Shown here: one piece after another, positions 1 through 12,430 of the stretch
How positions within the stretch are numbered: the first letter of the stretch is position 1
Layout: each line of letters begins with the position of its first letter
NCBI RefSeq assembly: GCF_902713615.1
Contig: NW_024055458.1
Location: 544,655 to 608,654, forward strand
Source: Scyliorhinus canicula
Lineage: Eukaryota
Direction of reading: 5' to 3'
DNA length: 64,000 nt
Position numbers and translations under genes: made by a program
Notes under the pieces: generated by a model
The model's input: the letters and a program-made list of their open reading frames with translations, nothing else
Told to the model about the DNA's origin: nothing
Database searches by the model: none

Positions 1-220
1 CTTGAACTAAGTTATCCCGGATATCAGGCTTAAGGCTCATTCTGGTTCTCATCCTGCTGACTAAATAACTTCAATCAAATATGGAGAAGACTGAATCCAC
101 TGTTCGGTCCCTGCTCCAATCTCCATTCCTGACATACCGACTCTATCCATCTCGGCAACAGTCTGAGACTTAGCCAGTCTCTTTGTAAACTTGGTTTCAT
201 ACTTGATCCAATCTGACCTC

Positions 221-355
221 AGAATTTACAGTGCAGAAGGAGGCCATTCAGCCCATCGAGTCTGCACCGGCCCTTGGAAAGAGCACCCTAGCTAAGCCCA
301 CACCTCCACCTATCCCCGTAACCCCCCACAACCTTTTTAGATACCAAGGCAATTT
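221..355 (-). mobile_element. HE1-type V-SINE 3' tail fragment
   Basis: Reverse complement of the tail ...gggtgctctttccaag...gatgggctgaatggcctccttctgcactgtaaattct, seen in full at 53485-53830. Confidence 0.8.
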
Positions 356-426
356 ACCATCTTCACCTCCCGATTGGACAATTCCATTACACAACTTACT
401 GCTCTCCCACATTCTACCTCTGTAAA

Positions 427-654
427 CTTTTTTTTAAAATAAATTTAGATTACCCAATTATTTTTTCTATTAAGGGGCAATTTAGCATGGCCAATCCACC
501 TACTCTGCACATTTTTGGGTTGTGGGGGCGAAGCCCACGCAGACACGGGGAAAATGTGCAAACTCCACATGGACAGTGACCCAGAGCCGGGATCGAACCT
601 GGGACCTCAGCGCCATGAGGCGGTTGTGCTAACCACTAGGCCACCGTGCTGCCC
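427..654 (-). mobile_element. tRNA-derived V-SINE (short HE1-like form)
   Basis: On -: gggcagcacggtggcctagtgg (A-box), ggttcgatccc (B-box), V-domain gtggagtttgcac..., AT-rich tail. Confidence 0.85.
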
Positions 655-1299
655 TGTATCTCTGTAAACTTAAAGCCATCCAAGTCTGCTACCCATGTCT
701 TAATTCACAGCAAGTTCCTTTCCCCTATGATCCCTGTGCTCTGAGACTTGCATTCGCTCCCAGTCAATTCTCACCCTTCTTTTCAAATTCCTCCATGGCC
801 TCGTCTCTCCCTGTGTCCGTCATCTCCTCCAACTCCACAACCCCCTGAGATATCTGCACAGCTCTGGTCCTGGACTCTTGCACACCCCCGATTCTAATTA
901 CTCTGCCATGGTTTTAAGTTCCCTCGGCCCCAAGCACTGAATTGCCTCCCTAAACCTCCCAGTCTCCACCTCACTTACCTCCTTTCAGACTCTTTAAAAC
1001 TCACCTCTGACCAAGTTTTGGTCACCTGCCCTCTATCTCCTGTTGTGTCTGGGTGTCTCACTTTGTTTTACAATGTTCCTGTGAAGTTGACTGGGATGAT
1101 TTTTGATGTTAAAGGTGTTATATAAATATAAGTTGTTGTTGTTGACTGTAACCCTGACCTCCTGTTTTACAATATCCCATTAGTTTCACAACAAACTCTA
1201 CCTCTGATGTTTTGCCCCCTGCGGGTTTGCAGCCTCTATAAAGACGGCGGCCGTTAACTCAGGCCTGTCACCGGGAGCAGGCCGCAGCTGTCCCCCCGC

Positions 1300-1835
1300 T
1301 CGATGCAAACCCGGGCCCGGAAACTTCTTATTGGGGTTTGGAGCCTCCACCGGGTTTCAGTGAAACCACCCGGCCGAGTTCAGCATGGGCACTGCGCATG
1401 CTCCAGCTCACAATGCCCAGAGAGCGATTGACGACAGTTCTGGACCAATAGGAAGAGAGGGGCGTGACGGGAGGACGAAGTGGTTGGAGTGGGTCCTCCA
1501 ACCAATCGGAGTGAATGAGGGGCGTGGCTGAGCCCGGTCTCCCACGTGAACTGGAGCATGCGCAGTGCCGATGACAGCTCAGCATTGAGGCGGTTGGGTG
1601 AAATCCGCCGCCGGTTAAATCCCGCTCGGTGAGTTATGAGGGAGGGATGGGGCCAGCGGATGGATCGGGAGGCTTCATGAACACCCCGAATACGAAGCTC
1701 GGATACAGCAGCTGAACCGGCGAAATCTGCTGGGGCTTTTCCCCGAGACAGGTCCGGGTAGCCGGGCGCATGCGGAGGGAGCGAGAGCCCTGGCTTTGCT
1801 CCGCCTCCCGTTCACTCTGATTGGCTGGAGGACCA
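1300..1835. promoter_or_regulatory. CpG-rich ZNF-type bidirectional promoter/first exon (promoter A)
   Basis: CCAAT boxes (ccaatcgga ~1502; gattggct ~1819), GC boxes, GCGCATGC NRF1-like sites, perfect 19-bp inverted repeat 1388-1406/1551-1569, donor GTGAGT 1629-1634; inverted paralog of 13410-13930. Confidence 0.7.
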
Positions 1836-1989
1836 GCTGATTTTATTGAACAGTTCTCAAATGGAAAGCCAGTTGACCACATTAAAACTAAGGATCTGCA
1901 ATGGACGTTTGATCCAGCAAGACATATTTTGGGCAAGATTATAAACAGAGGGCATTCATTTAAAGTGATTAGAAAAAGAAGCAATGCTG

Positions 1990-2535
1990 AGCAAGGCTAG
2001 GAGAGTGGGCAAAGAAGTGGCAGATGGAATACAATGTAGAAAATTGTGAAGTTACAGACCTTCGATGGAGGCATAGACTATTTTCTAAATGGGGAAATGC
2101 TGAGGAAATCGCAAGCACAAAGGTGTCCTTTTGGTGTCCTTGGTCGAGATTCTCTTTAGGTTAAAGTGCAGGTTCAGATGGCAGTTAGGAAGGCAAATGC
2201 AATGTATTCATGTCGAGAGGGCTAGAATACAAGACCAAGGATGTAATTCTGAGGTTCGATCAGGCTCTGATCAGACCCCATTTGGATTAAAACAGATGAG
2301 GAGGATTTTTTTAGCCGGAGGGTGGTGAATCTGTGGAACTCTGTCACAGAATGCTATGAAGGCCAAATCACTGAGTGTCTTTAAGATAGAGATAGATAGG
2401 TTCTTGATTAATAAGGTGATCAAGGGTTATGGGGTGAAGGCAGGAGAATGGAGATCAGAAAAATATTAGCCATGATTGAATGGCGGAGCAGATTCGATGG
2501 GCCGTGTGGCCTAATTCTGCTCCTATGTCTTATGA
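1990..2535 (+). mobile_element. CR1 LINE 3' fragment (degraded)
   Basis: Remnants WQMEYNVEKC..., RVVNLWNSL... and 3' tail cctaattctgctcctatgtcttatg, matching the CR1 at 34429-36722. Confidence 0.8.
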
Positions 2536-2914
2536 TGTGAAGAAAAACATTCTGTGCTGCATATGATATCATTAATGCACTGCTCGAAAATGTGGTGGAG
2601 GCAGATTCAATTGATGCCTTGAAAAGGGAATTGGACAACTATCTGTTACGATCAGATTAGCCATGAACATATTAAATGGTGGAGCAGACTGGGCTGAATA
2701 GTCAACTCCAGCTCCTTGCTCATCTGTTCGTAGCTTTTGAAGAGAAAAATATCTGCAGAGTTCAGGGCCAATGACATGGGATTGTGACTGTTGCAGAAAG
2801 TTGGCACAGATACAATTAGTTGAGTGCCTTTGTTTTGTGCTGTCACCTTTCTATGCCACTGTGTTATGTGGGAAATGCAGTGCACCAATGCAAGAGAGGC
2901 AGATTGCTCCCTCG

Positions 2915-3232
2915 ATATGGATTGGATTTGTTTATTGTCACATGCACTGAGGTACAGTGAAAAGCATTATTCTGCGAGCAGCTCAAACAGATCATTTCGT
3001 ACATGAAAAGAAAGTAAACTAAAAAGAAAATACATAATAGGGCAACACAAGGTACACAATGTAAATATATAGACAAAGGCATTGAGTGAAGCATACAGGA
3101 GTATAGTATTAATCAGGTCGTGCCAAATGTCCGTAGTTTCCTGAAGAAATATAGGCGCTGTTGTGCTTTCTTGGTGGTAGCATCGATGTGCGTGGACCAT
3201 GACAGATTTTTGGTGATGGAAACCCTGTGCCC
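2915..3232 (-). mobile_element. Rex1/Babar-like LINE 3' fragment
   Basis: Resembles the reverse complement of the 3' end of the family seen at 25230-26410 (gtgctttcttgg..gtagcatcgatgtg). Recognised from memory. Confidence 0.5.
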
Positions 3233-3259
3233 CAGTGCAGGAGAAGCTGGCTGTTGGGC

Positions 3260-4265
3260 AGTGTGAGCTGAACATACATGGCTGGATAAAGACTGAGGCA
3301 GATGTCAAGACCCTTGGAGTGAAAACAGGTCTGGAGGGAGTGGGTCAGAGAACCTGGGGAGTTGCATTTTGCATGAACCATGAGTGTGACCCAGTCACAA
3401 TTATGAACAGTAAACAAACCTATCACTGGTTTGATGAGATGATATACCATGTCCCAGGTGTTATAAATACTGTAGATCAGCCTGCTTGCTGTCCATGTCT
3501 AAGTGATATCTTATCAGAAAAATGTGCTTCTGTATTAAATAAAGTATCTAAACCTCTCATTGTGCTTCGTGCCCAGCATCTTGACTAACTGTGGATCTTC
3601 TGTTTTGGTAACTGGGAAAAAGAATCTTCCTGTTTACTAATTGCTCTATGGCGGCTGTGTTACCCAGTTCCCTATCGGTGAGTGTACGAGGCCAGTGTGC
3701 AGGTGCAGTGTGGGTGTGTGCTCTGAGATTGCTCAGTGTCAGTCATGGTGAGAGAGTGAGGAGGAGCTGGGTTGAACACGACTGTGAGCTGTACCCCTGT
3801 GAGAAGGGCATCTCCCAGTCTCTGTTTGACTCTCCTGCAGCTTCCTGTCATGGTTGAGTTGGACAAGGAACTCTCATTATTTGAGCTGGAAAAGGCCATT
3901 GATTGCTGAGCAAGCAGAAAGCTTCCCGGCGAGGATGGAATTCCAGCTGAACTGCTCACACACACAAAGTCCCATCGACTGTCCCACCTTCCTGCCCTCC
4001 CCTTTTGGGCTGTGAGACTGGTCCACGGAACATGTGTGATGCAATAAAAACAGCAGTGACAGAGGAGACAGCATCAACTACAGGGACATCTCATTCCTTA
4101 GAGTCAGGGGAGACCTTCACTTGGGTGATGTTTATAAGATTCATCTACTTGCAGACTGAGTTTATCCAGAAGCACAGTGCCATTTCTGTGCTGACAGATC
4201 TACAGTGAACATGATCTTCTCCACACACCAGATACAAGGGAAGAGAACAATTGATATTTGATCTA
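3260..4265 (+). mobile_element. Degraded RTE-clade LINE fragment (linker + RT N-terminus)
   Basis: Broken translation gives HWFDE, SWVEHDCELY, ELDKELSLFELEKAIDC*ASRKLPGEDGIPAELL, NYRDISFL, VYPEAQCHF..RSTVNMIFS, all RTE-type motifs with stops and frameshifts. Confidence 0.75.
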
Positions 4266-4629
4266 AAGTGTCAGTGCTGAGAAAGTGAAATGTTCTAATT
4301 ACTGAGTGAAAGTAAACCTTTTTGTGAATTGTGAATCACAATTTACTGGTACAATTGGAAAAGGCACAAAAATGTTTCAATCTCTGAAGATAAATTTCAG
4401 CCTTGAAGTTATATTTCGGAGCTCACAAGCTGTGCGAAGCTTTGTGAATGTTTCCTCTTCCCTTTTGTAAACAAGCAAAGAAGTTCACCTTTTCCCCCGA
4501 CAGCACGGCAATGATTTGAAATAAAGGCTTAGTCTTTTAAAGATTTGGCTTCTTCCCATTTGTTGGGGTCATCTTTCCGGCCGTGAGAATCATCACGGGC
4601 GTGATGGAAATTTACCGGAACATTTTTTT

Positions 4630-4752
4630 TGATATTCCTAATCTTTATTGTCACAAGTAGTCTCACATTAACACTGCAATGAAGTTACAGTGAAAAGCCC
4701 CCAATCAGCAAATTCCGGAGCCTGTTCAGGTACACAGAGGGAGAATTCAGAA
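4630..4752 (-). mobile_element. SINE 3' tail (L2-type tail gggcttttcacagtaacttcattgcagtg...)
   Basis: Reverse complement of the tail at 6400-6513. Confidence 0.75.
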
Positions 4753-4879
4753 TTGTCATGTGAGAGTACCTTTAAGAACTGGGTGTTTATCAAATAGCTG
4801 CAGTGAAGACAGACAGCCCAGCTACACCCACACTCTGATTTTGCTGCAGCTATTTGATAAACACCCATTTCTCAAAGTT

Positions 4880-5090
4880 ACAGCTGGTCTTCCAACCAAT
4901 CAGAGTGAACGGGGCGGGGGTGATCCTGGATCTCCCTCATTGGCTGAGACTCTGTATCATTTTGAGCTCTTCCACTGGCCACATGGGCACGGGTTCCAAA
5001 ACCTCATTTCCTGCCCCAGCAATGTTTACCAATGGGAGGATTTGGAAGACCAGATGTACTCTGGTCCTCCAGCCAATCAGACTGCGGGCT
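4880..5090 (+). promoter_or_regulatory. Decayed copy of the ZNF-type CCAAT/GC-box promoter module
   Basis: ccaaccaatcagagtgaacggggcgggg (~4892) and gtcctccagccaatcag (~5064) match the module at 13436-13470. Confidence 0.45.
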
Positions 5091-5261
5091 TTGTGTAAAT
5101 GAAGATTGAACTTCACACAGACTAAAACTTCTTCCTGTGTCAAACCTCTGATTAAAACACATTCCGCTTTACACTTCAATGGATTTTAAATTAGAGTCCA
5201 TTAACCCTTCTACAGAACTGTTACAAGGAACAACAAACATTAACTGTGTGTCTCTCGCAAC

Positions 5262-5600
5262 AGATGTGGCACAGTGGTTAGCACTGCTGCCTCATAGCGC
5301 CAGCGAGCAGGGTTCAATTCCGGCCTTGGGTGACTGTGTGGAGTTTGCACATCCCCCCCCCCCCCCACCCCCCCACCGTCTGTGTGGGTTCCCTCCGCGC
5401 GCTCGTTTTCTCCCGCTGTCCAAAGATGTGCAGGTTTGGTGGATTGGCTATGCTAAATTGTCCCTCAGTGTCCAAAGGTGAAATGGGGTTATGGGGAGAG
5501 GGTAGTGGAAGTGCACCTGGGTGGGAGCTCTTTTGTAGGTTGGTGCAAACTCGATGGGCCGAATGGCCTCCTTCTGCACTGTAGAGATTCCATGATGCTG
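5262..5600 (+). mobile_element. HE1-type V-SINE
   Basis: tRNA head (tggcacagtggttagcactg...ggttcaattcc), V-domain, tail gatgggccgaatggcctccttctgcactgt. Confidence 0.85.
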
Positions 5601-5739
5601 CCAGACCTGTTGAGTTAATCTAGCATTTTCTGGTATTACTCTACATTACACACCTTTTTAATCCACTGATTATATTTATCGAACCACTGTACCATTAACT
5701 CCCAGGAGCAATGTGTTGATGTTTCAGCCGTTCCAGCCT

Positions 5740-6152
5740 TCGGTGACTGTGTGGAGTTTTTACATTCTCCCCATGTCTGTGTGGGTTCCCTCCGGGTGCT
5801 CCGGTTCCTCCCACTGTCTAAAGATGGGCAGATTTGGTGAATTGGCCCCGTGAAATTGCCCCTTAGTGTCCAAATAAAGATTAGGTGATGTTACTGGGTT
5901 ACGGGGATAAACAAAGAACAGAGAAAAGTACAGCACAGGAAGAGGCCCTTCGGCTCTTCAAGCCTGCATCGACCATGCTGCCCGGCTAAACTAAAATATT
6001 CAATGCTTCCGGGCTCCCTATCCTCTATTCCCATCCTATTCATGTATTTGTCAAGATGCCCCTTAATATGGTGGAGGCATGCGCTTAAGTAGGGTGCTCT
6101 TTCCAAGCACTGGTGCAGGCTGAATGGGCCAAATGGCCTCCTTCTGCACTGA
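5740..6152. mobile_element. Mosaic of V-SINE fragments and a CR1 3' tail (-)
   Basis: V-domain at 5740-5905, CR1 tail reverse complement ~5920-6065, HE1 tail 6085-6152. Confidence 0.65.
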
Positions 6153-6212
6153 TTCAGTAGGAATTTCTCTCACAGTCTGATCCAATGGGTCTGTCTGGTG
6201 GTATTTCCCTGA

Positions 6213-6513
6213 TGGTGGCACAGTGGTTAACACTGTTGCTTCACAACACCAGGGTTCCGAGTTCAATTCCCACTTGGGCCACTGTCTGTGCAGAGTCTGC
6301 ACTTTCTCCCGTGTCTGTGTGGGTTTCCTCCGGGTGCTCCGGTTTCCTCCCACATGTCCCGAAAGATGCTCTTGTTCGGTGAATTGGACATTCTGAATTC
6401 TCCCTCTGTGTACCCGAACAGGCGCCAGAGTATGCTGACTAGGAGATTTTCACAGTAACTTCATTGCAGTGTTAATGTAAGCCTACTTGTGACAATAATA
6501 TAGATTATTATTA
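6213..6513 (+). mobile_element. Full-length tRNA-derived V-SINE with L2-type tail
   Basis: A/B boxes, V-domain, tail ...cacagtaacttcattgcagtgttaatgtaagcctacttgtgacaataa(tta)n. Confidence 0.85.
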
Positions 6514-6534
6514 TTCAGCGTTTGGATATTTTAA

Positions 6535-7310
6535 GGAGCAGCTAGACCCTCCTTGGTTCTACCTGTTGTCCCTCAGATATTCCATCTGTTTTTGGTTAAT
6601 GTGTCTGGAGTCTGAGTTCTTCCAGTCTGCCTCCAATTCTCCTTCCTGTCTGGGGTATATGGGTCCAAGTAGCTTGGTATTGTTTAGTTGTCTGTCTGTT
6701 TCCAGCAGGTATTGTTGTCTCTCGATAATGACTGTGCTGCTACCCTTGTCTTCTGACCTTATGGACATATCCGTGTTGGATCCAAGCTCCCGGATTGTCT
6801 GTCTTTCTCTCCGGGTAAGATTCTGTTTGTCTCTTGTATTTCACTCTGACAGGGCAGAGACCTGATTGAAGGGATTCAAACATGGGAGTTCTGGGAAAGA
6901 TGGGCAAGGATTTGGGAGGTGGCAACATGTTCAAATAGTCTGGAGAGGAGAGGGAGGTTGAAGATGGGGCAGTAATTTGTAAGGGTGGCAGGGTCAAGGG
7001 TTTGTTTTATTGAGGGGGTGATGATGGCAGATTTGAAAGACAGAGGGACAGTACCTGAAGAGTGAGAAATGTTGACAATGTGAGCTCTGAGAGGGCATAT
7101 GGGGAGATGGGAGAGAAACTGGAGAAAGAGGTGGGTTCAGGGCTGGGGAAAGGATGAAATTTAGAGACAGTTTGGTCTGGTGGGCTCGTGGAAGGGAGGG
7201 AAGCAGCAGAGGCAGCTGATCGGATTGACTCAATCTCAGTCACAAAGAAGCTCCACAAGCTCCTCACACTTCTTGTTGGAGGTGAGGTTGGAAGAGACAG
7301 GGGAGAGCGA
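6535..7310 (-). mobile_element. L2 RT fragment fused to a Penelope-like fragment
   Basis: On -: FFVTEIESIRSAAS..., GTVPLSFKSAIITP, NYCPIFNL...FESLQSG (L2), then EDKGSSTVIIERQQYLLETDRQLNN (similar to Penelope KPADKG.TVILNRTDY at ~39190). Confidence 0.65.
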
Positions 7311-7485
7311 GAGTACTTCAAAAGGAACTAACCTGTGTCAGAGATACTAAAAACACATCTGATTTATTTGACTTTCGCCAGAATAGCCGCTGTAAATGGG
7401 CTGGAGTTTGTTATCAGCAGAAAGAGACCCAAATGAACATGGTTCAGTCCTGATTGTGAGGAACAGCAAAATCCAAACACCGTGG

Positions 7486-8775
7486 TTATTTGTGAACTCG
7501 TTGGTGTCTCAGCAGGGCGGATGAAGTGGTGAATCTCTTCTCACACTCGGAGCAGGTGAATGGCCTCTCCCCAGTGTGAATTCGCTGATGATTCTGCCGG
7601 TCGGATGACTGAATGAATCCCTTCCCACACTTGGAGCAGGTGAATGGCCTCTCCCCAGTGTGAACTCGCTGGTGCTTCTGCAAGTCAGATGACTGAGTGA
7701 ATCCCTTCCCACACTGGGCGCAGGTGAATGGTCTCTCTCCAGTGTGAATTCGCTGATGTACAGTGAGGTTAGATGATCGCCTGAACCCAGTCCCGCAGTG
7801 AGAGCATCTAAACGGTTTCTCGTCAGTGTGAACACGTTGATGGAGCATCAGTTCCCCAGAACTTTTATAGCACTTCCCGCAGTCTGGACATTGAAACGGT
7901 CTCTGATCAGTGTGAACTCGCTGGTGACTCAGCAAGGAGGACGACTGAGTGAATCCCTTCCCACACTTGGCGCAGGTGAATAGTCTCTTCCCAGTGTGAA
8001 TTCGCTTATGTACGGTGAGGTGACATGATCGTCTGAACCCAGTTCCACAGTGTGAGCACCTGAACGGTCTCTCATCAGTGTGAACACGTTGATGGCTCAT
8101 CAGTTCCCCAGAACGTTTATAGCACTTTCCGCAGTCTGGACATTGAAACTGTCTCTCATCAGTGTGAACTCGCAAGTGACTCAGCAGGGCGGATGACTGA
8201 GTGAATCTCTTCCCACACTTAGAGCAGGCGAATGGCCTCTCCCCAGTGTGAATTTGCTGATGTACAGAGAGGTGAGATGATCGTCTGAACCCAGTCCCGC
8301 AGTGAGAGCACCTAAACGGTTTCTCGTCAGTGTGAACACGTTGATGGCTGATCAGATCCCCAGAACTTTTATAGCACTTCCCGCAGTCTGGACATTGAAA
8401 CGGTCTCTCCCCAGTGTGAACTCGCTGGTGTTTCCGCAGGGCTGATGACTGAATGAATCCCTTCCCACACTCCGAGCAGGTGAATGGTCTCTCCCCAGTG
8501 TGAACTCGCTGGTGACTCCGCAGAGCCGTGAACTGAGTAAATCCCTTCCCACACTTGGAGCAGGTGAATGGTCTCTCCCCAGTGTGACTGCGTCGATGAG
8601 TTTCCAGGCTGGATGGGTAAGTGAATCCTTTCCTACAGTCCGCACATTTCCACGGTTTCTCCTCAGTGCGCCTGCATTTGTGCCTCATGAGGCCTGATGA
8701 TCGAGTGAATCCTCGTCCACACACACAACACGTGTACGGTTTCTCCCCACTGTGAACGATGCTTTTTCCTTCCAT
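7486..8775 (-). CDS. C2H2 zinc-finger protein, 429 aa, 14 canonical fingers plus 1 degenerate first finger, no KRAB (ZNF-A)
   Basis: Open frame from ATG 8775 ([13 protein letters not shown]) to TAA with TGERP/TDERP linkers; splice acceptor ...tttcacag at 8884-8891 upstream; likely 5' exon in promoter B (donor 13651-13656). Confidence 0.9.
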   Translation of the reverse strand: MEGKSIVHSGEKPYTCCVCGRGFTRSSGLMRHKCRRTEEKPWKCADCRKGFTYPSSLETHRRSHTGERPFTCSKCGKGFTQFTALRSHQRVHTGERPFTCSECGKGFIQSSALRKHQRVHTGERPFQCPDCGKCYKSSGDLISHQRVHTDEKPFRCSHCGTGFRRSSHLSVHQQIHTGERPFACSKCGKRFTQSSALLSHLRVHTDERQFQCPDCGKCYKRSGELMSHQRVHTDERPFRCSHCGTGFRRSCHLTVHKRIHTGKRLFTCAKCGKGFTQSSSLLSHQRVHTDQRPFQCPDCGKCYKSSGELMLHQRVHTDEKPFRCSHCGTGFRRSSNLTVHQRIHTGERPFTCAQCGKGFTQSSDLQKHQRVHTGERPFTCSKCGKGFIQSSDRQNHQRIHTGERPFTCSECEKRFTTSSALLRHQRVHK

Positions 8776-9174
8776 GTTCAAAATCCGCTGATATTCAGGA
8801 TACAATATATTGAGGACTCTGTCAGATCCTGATGTGATGTTTGGTTTGAGTTTCCGGACTTTGAAGCCTCATCTTCAAACACCCTGTGAAACGGATTCAA
8901 AACAGAAAATAGGGAGTGAGAGAGAACCCACAAAAACACAAAGGCAGGTTGTGAAATTGAGCTGAATGAATCTGGTAATTTGTGGGGCTGGCCCTGGGAA
9001 AAAGTGACCATGAAAACTGCTGGATTGTTATAAAACCCAACTGGCCTCTTTGGGAGGAGAGAGAAAGAGGTGAAGAGGGATTTTGTATATCTACAAGAAA
9101 TATTAAGAGAGTAGTTGGCAAAGCAAATTTGATTTTGAGCTTCATAAACAGTAATATTGATACCAAAACTATGC

Positions 9175-9520
9175 TTCTGGTGGCACAGTGATTAGCACTG
9201 CTGCCTCACAGTGCCAGGGATCCGGATTCAATTCCAGCCTTGGTGACTGTGTGGAGTTTGCATTTTCTCCCAGTGTCTGCGTGGGTTTCCACCCGGTGCT
9301 CAGGTTTCCTCAAACAGTCTAAAGAAAAGCAAATTAGGTGGATTGGCCTTGATAAATTGTCCCTTAATGTCCAGGGATGTGCAGGTTAGGTGGAGCTATG
9401 GGGTTACAGGGACAGGGTAGGGGTGTGGGCCTAGGCAGGGTGCCCTTTCAGAGAATCAGTGCAGACTCGATGGGCCGAATGGCCTCCTTCTGCACTGTCG
9501 GAATTCTATGGTTCTAATTC
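9175..9520 (+). mobile_element. HE1-type V-SINE
   Basis: tRNA head, V-domain, HE1 tail ending ttctatg repeats. Confidence 0.85.
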
Positions 9521-10710
9521 TATTCTATGAATCTTTATAAAGCTCTGGTCACCACCCTTCAGGAAGAATGGGAAGGTTCTCGGAGAAGGTGCAGAGGAGA
9601 TTTACCAGAATGGTTCCAGCAAAGGAGGTTGAGGGGAGATTTGATTCTGGGACACAAGATTATGCCAGATTTCCATCAGGTGGACAAAGAAACTGTTTCC
9701 ATTCACTGGTCGTACAAGCAGTCGGGACACAGATTTAAAGTTTTGGGTAAAACCTGGATTGAACGATTTTAGATCCTGAGGGGTCTTGACAGGGTGGATG
9801 TGGAGAGGATGTTTCCTCTTGTGGGAGAATCTGGAACAAGGGGGTCACTGTTGCAAAGTCAGGGGTCACCCGTTTAAGATGGAGATGAGGATTTTTTTTC
9901 TCGAGGGTTGCAAGACAGGGGGTGGCATAGTGGTTAGCACTGCTGCCTCACAGCACCAGAGACCTGGGTTCAATTCCCACACTGACTGTGCGGAGTTTGC
10001 ACTTTCTCCCCGTGTCTGTGTGGGTTTCCTCCGGGTGCTCCGGTTTCCTCCCACAGTTCAAAGATGTGCAGGTTAGGTTGAATCAGTTAGGATTGTATTC
10101 GCTGGAGTTCAGAAGAATGAGGGGGGATCGCATAGAAACCTATAAAAAGTGAGTGGCGTGGTGGCATAGTGGTTAGCACTGCTGCCTCATATCGCCAAGG
10201 ACTCAGGTTCGATCCCTGTGGAGTTTGCACCTTCTCCCTGTGTTTGCGTGGGTTTCACCCCACAAATCCAAAGATGTGCCGGGTAGGTAGATTGGCCACG
10301 CTAAAACTGCCCCTTAATTGCCAAAAACAAACTGGGCTCTCTAATTTATGTTTAAAAAAAAAACAGATTCAGGAGGGATGTTCCCGATAGTGGTGTGTCC
10401 AGAAATAGGGGTCACAGTCTGAGGATACGGGGTAGACCATTTAGGACAGAGATGAGGAGAAATTTCTTCACCCAGAGAGTGGTGAGCCTGTGGAATTCGT
10501 CGCCACAGGAACTAATTAAAGCCAAAACATTGCACGTTTTCAAGAAGTAGTTAGATGCAGCACTTCAGATAAAGGGGATCAAAGGATATGGGGGGAAAGC
10601 GGGATTAGGCTATTGAGTCTAATCAGCTCTGATCGTAATGAATGGTGGAGCAGGCTCGAAGGGCCAAATGGTCTCCTCCTGCTCCTATTTTCTATGTTGC
10701 TCCGTATCTA
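9520..10710 (+). mobile_element. CR1 3' fragments interleaved with two V-SINEs (9918-10080, 10155-10325)
   Basis: CR1 motifs (gaggggagatttgat, ttcttcacccagagagtggtgagcctgtggaattc, tail ggtctcctcctgctcctattttctatg) broken by SINE heads and V-domains. Confidence 0.7.
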
Positions 10711-10909
10711 TGGATGTAAATGGTCCAGGAGGTATGAGGAAGAATGTTTTTACACAGCCAGTGGCAATGACCTTAAACCTGCTGCCTATGACAGTGTTTG
10801 GAAATAGACACAATATTTTTTTTTTTATAAATTGGATAGAAACCTGAGAGAAATAAACCTGTGAGGATACAGAGACAGAGCAGGAGAGTGACTCTGAATG
10901 GATTGCTCC

Positions 10910-11210
10910 AGATAATAATAATCTTTATTAGTGCCACAAGTAGGCTTATATTAACACTGCAATGAGGTTACTGTGAAAATCCCCAAGTCGTCACACTCTG
11001 GCGCCTGTTCGGGTACACAGAGCGAGAATTCAGGATATCCAATTCAGCTAACAAACACGTCTTTCGGGACTTGTGGGAGGAAACCGGAGCACTCAGAGGA
11101 AACCCACGCAGCCATGGGGAGAACGTGCAGACTCCGCATAGACAGTGACCCAAGCCAGGAATCGAATCCGGGTCCCCGGCGCTGTGAAGCAACAGTGCTA
11201 ATCACCTTGC
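10910..11210 (-). mobile_element. V-SINE with L2-type tail
   Basis: Reverse complement of the 6213-6513 type. Confidence 0.8.
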
Positions 11211-11284
11211 AGATTAGAGAGCTAGCATGAACTCAATGGACCGAATGCCCTTCTATGCTCATAATGACTAACATTTTTTGTTTT

Positions 11285-11485
11285 TCTAAATTAAAAAAAT
11301 AAATTTAGAGTACCCAATTCATTTTTTCCAATCCACCTACCCTGCACATCTTTGGGCTGTGAGGGCAAAACACACGCAAACAATGTGCAAACTGCACATG
11401 GACAGTGATCCAGAGCCGGGATCGAACCTGCAACCTCGGCGCTGTTAGGCAGCAATGCTACTCACTGTACCACCGTGCTGCCAGC
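11285..11485 (-). mobile_element. Short V-SINE
   Basis: Reverse complement A/B boxes, V-domain and AT-rich tail, like 427-654. Confidence 0.8.
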
Positions 11486-11659
11486 TGACTCTGACATTTT
11501 TGTCTAATCTCGCCTTGTAATTTAACCCAACCCCGGGGGGTTCAGATATCACTCCAGTAAATCTGTGCTCACTCCCACCGAGGCCATTCTGTCCTTCCTT
11601 AGATTTGTTGCCCAGAACTGAACACAGTTCTCCAGGTTTGGTAGAACTGGGGTTTGTGA

Positions 11660-11890
11660 ATCTCGGGGCTTTTCCAGTCACACTGAGACCTGAAATCTTC
11701 CCGAACAGACAAACCTTTTACCTTCCACACCCAGATGCTGCTGATATTCAGGTTCTGATGAATCGAGTGACTCTGTGACGTTTGGTTTGCGTTTCCCGCC
11801 TGTTAAACCTCCACTTCCAGTATCCTGTAAATTTACAGAAACCACACTGTCAGTTTAGGATAGAAATTCACAACATTGTCTCCTCACCAA
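11660..11890 (-). pseudogene. Finger-less relic of a ZNF coding-exon 5' end
   Basis: On -: acceptor tttacag|gat (exon starts 11823), then sequence paralogous to the ZNF-A exon start (gggaaacgcaaaccaaacgtcac...cctgaatatcagcag) and to the ZNF-B leader (tcagtgtgactggaaaag); no fingers follow. Confidence 0.6.
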
Positions 11891-11944
11891 CTTTGATTAA
11901 ATGTATGCCTGGAGGTTTGATCACATGACCTGTCACCATCCTGG

Positions 11945-12135
11945 ATGGTGGTTTAGCACACTGGGCTAAATCACTGGCTTTTAAAGCAGACCAAGGCAGG
12001 CCAGCAGCACGGTACAAGTCCCATACCAGCCTCCCCGAACAGGCGCCGGAATGTGGGGACTAGGGGCTTTTCACAGTAACTTCATTGAAGCCTACTCTTG
12101 ACAATAAGCGATTTTCATTTTCATTTCATTTCCTC
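11945..12135 (+). mobile_element. Short tRNA-head SINE with L2-type tail (no V-domain)
   Basis: gtggtttagcacactgggctaaatc...ccagcctccccgaacaggcgccggaatgtgg...gacaataagcgattttcatttca; same family at 25345, 36925, 37190 and 53008. Confidence 0.8.
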
Positions 12136-12237
12136 CAGCCATTAATCGGTCAACACATCCATCCTTGTGACACACTGCCTTCCTCGGCCAATTGGGAAGC
12201 AAAAGGACTCCTGACCTACCAGGAAAATGTTTGACTT

Positions 12238-12430
12238 GGGCAGCACAGTGGTGCAGTGGTTAGCATTGCTGTCTCACGGCGCTGAGGTCACAGGTTTGCT
12301 CCGGGTCACTGACCGTGTGGAGTTTGCACATTTCACCCCTACAACCCAAAGATGTGCAGGTTAGGTGGATTGGCTACGCTAAATTGCCCTTTAATTTGAA
12401 AAAATGAATTGGGAATTCTAAATTTATTTT
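12238..12430 (+). mobile_element. Short V-SINE
   Basis: gggcagcacagtggtgcagtggttagc head, V-domain, AT tail. Confidence 0.8.

Larger units (their letters stand above)
60..1145 (+). mobile_element. Degraded L2-clade LINE 3' portion, interrupted by two SINE insertions
   Basis: RT-thumb-like remnants at ~60-200 and a typical L2 3' end (...ctgtgaag...gttaaaggtgttatataaatataagttgttgtt) ending ~1145; SINE pieces at 221-355 and 427-654 split it. Recognised from memory, no database search. Confidence 0.6.

Noticed and set aside
7509-8697. Short alternate-frame and antisense ORFs over ZNF-A (also over ZNF-B, L1 and CR1)
   Set aside because: By-products of repetitive codon structure and high GC.
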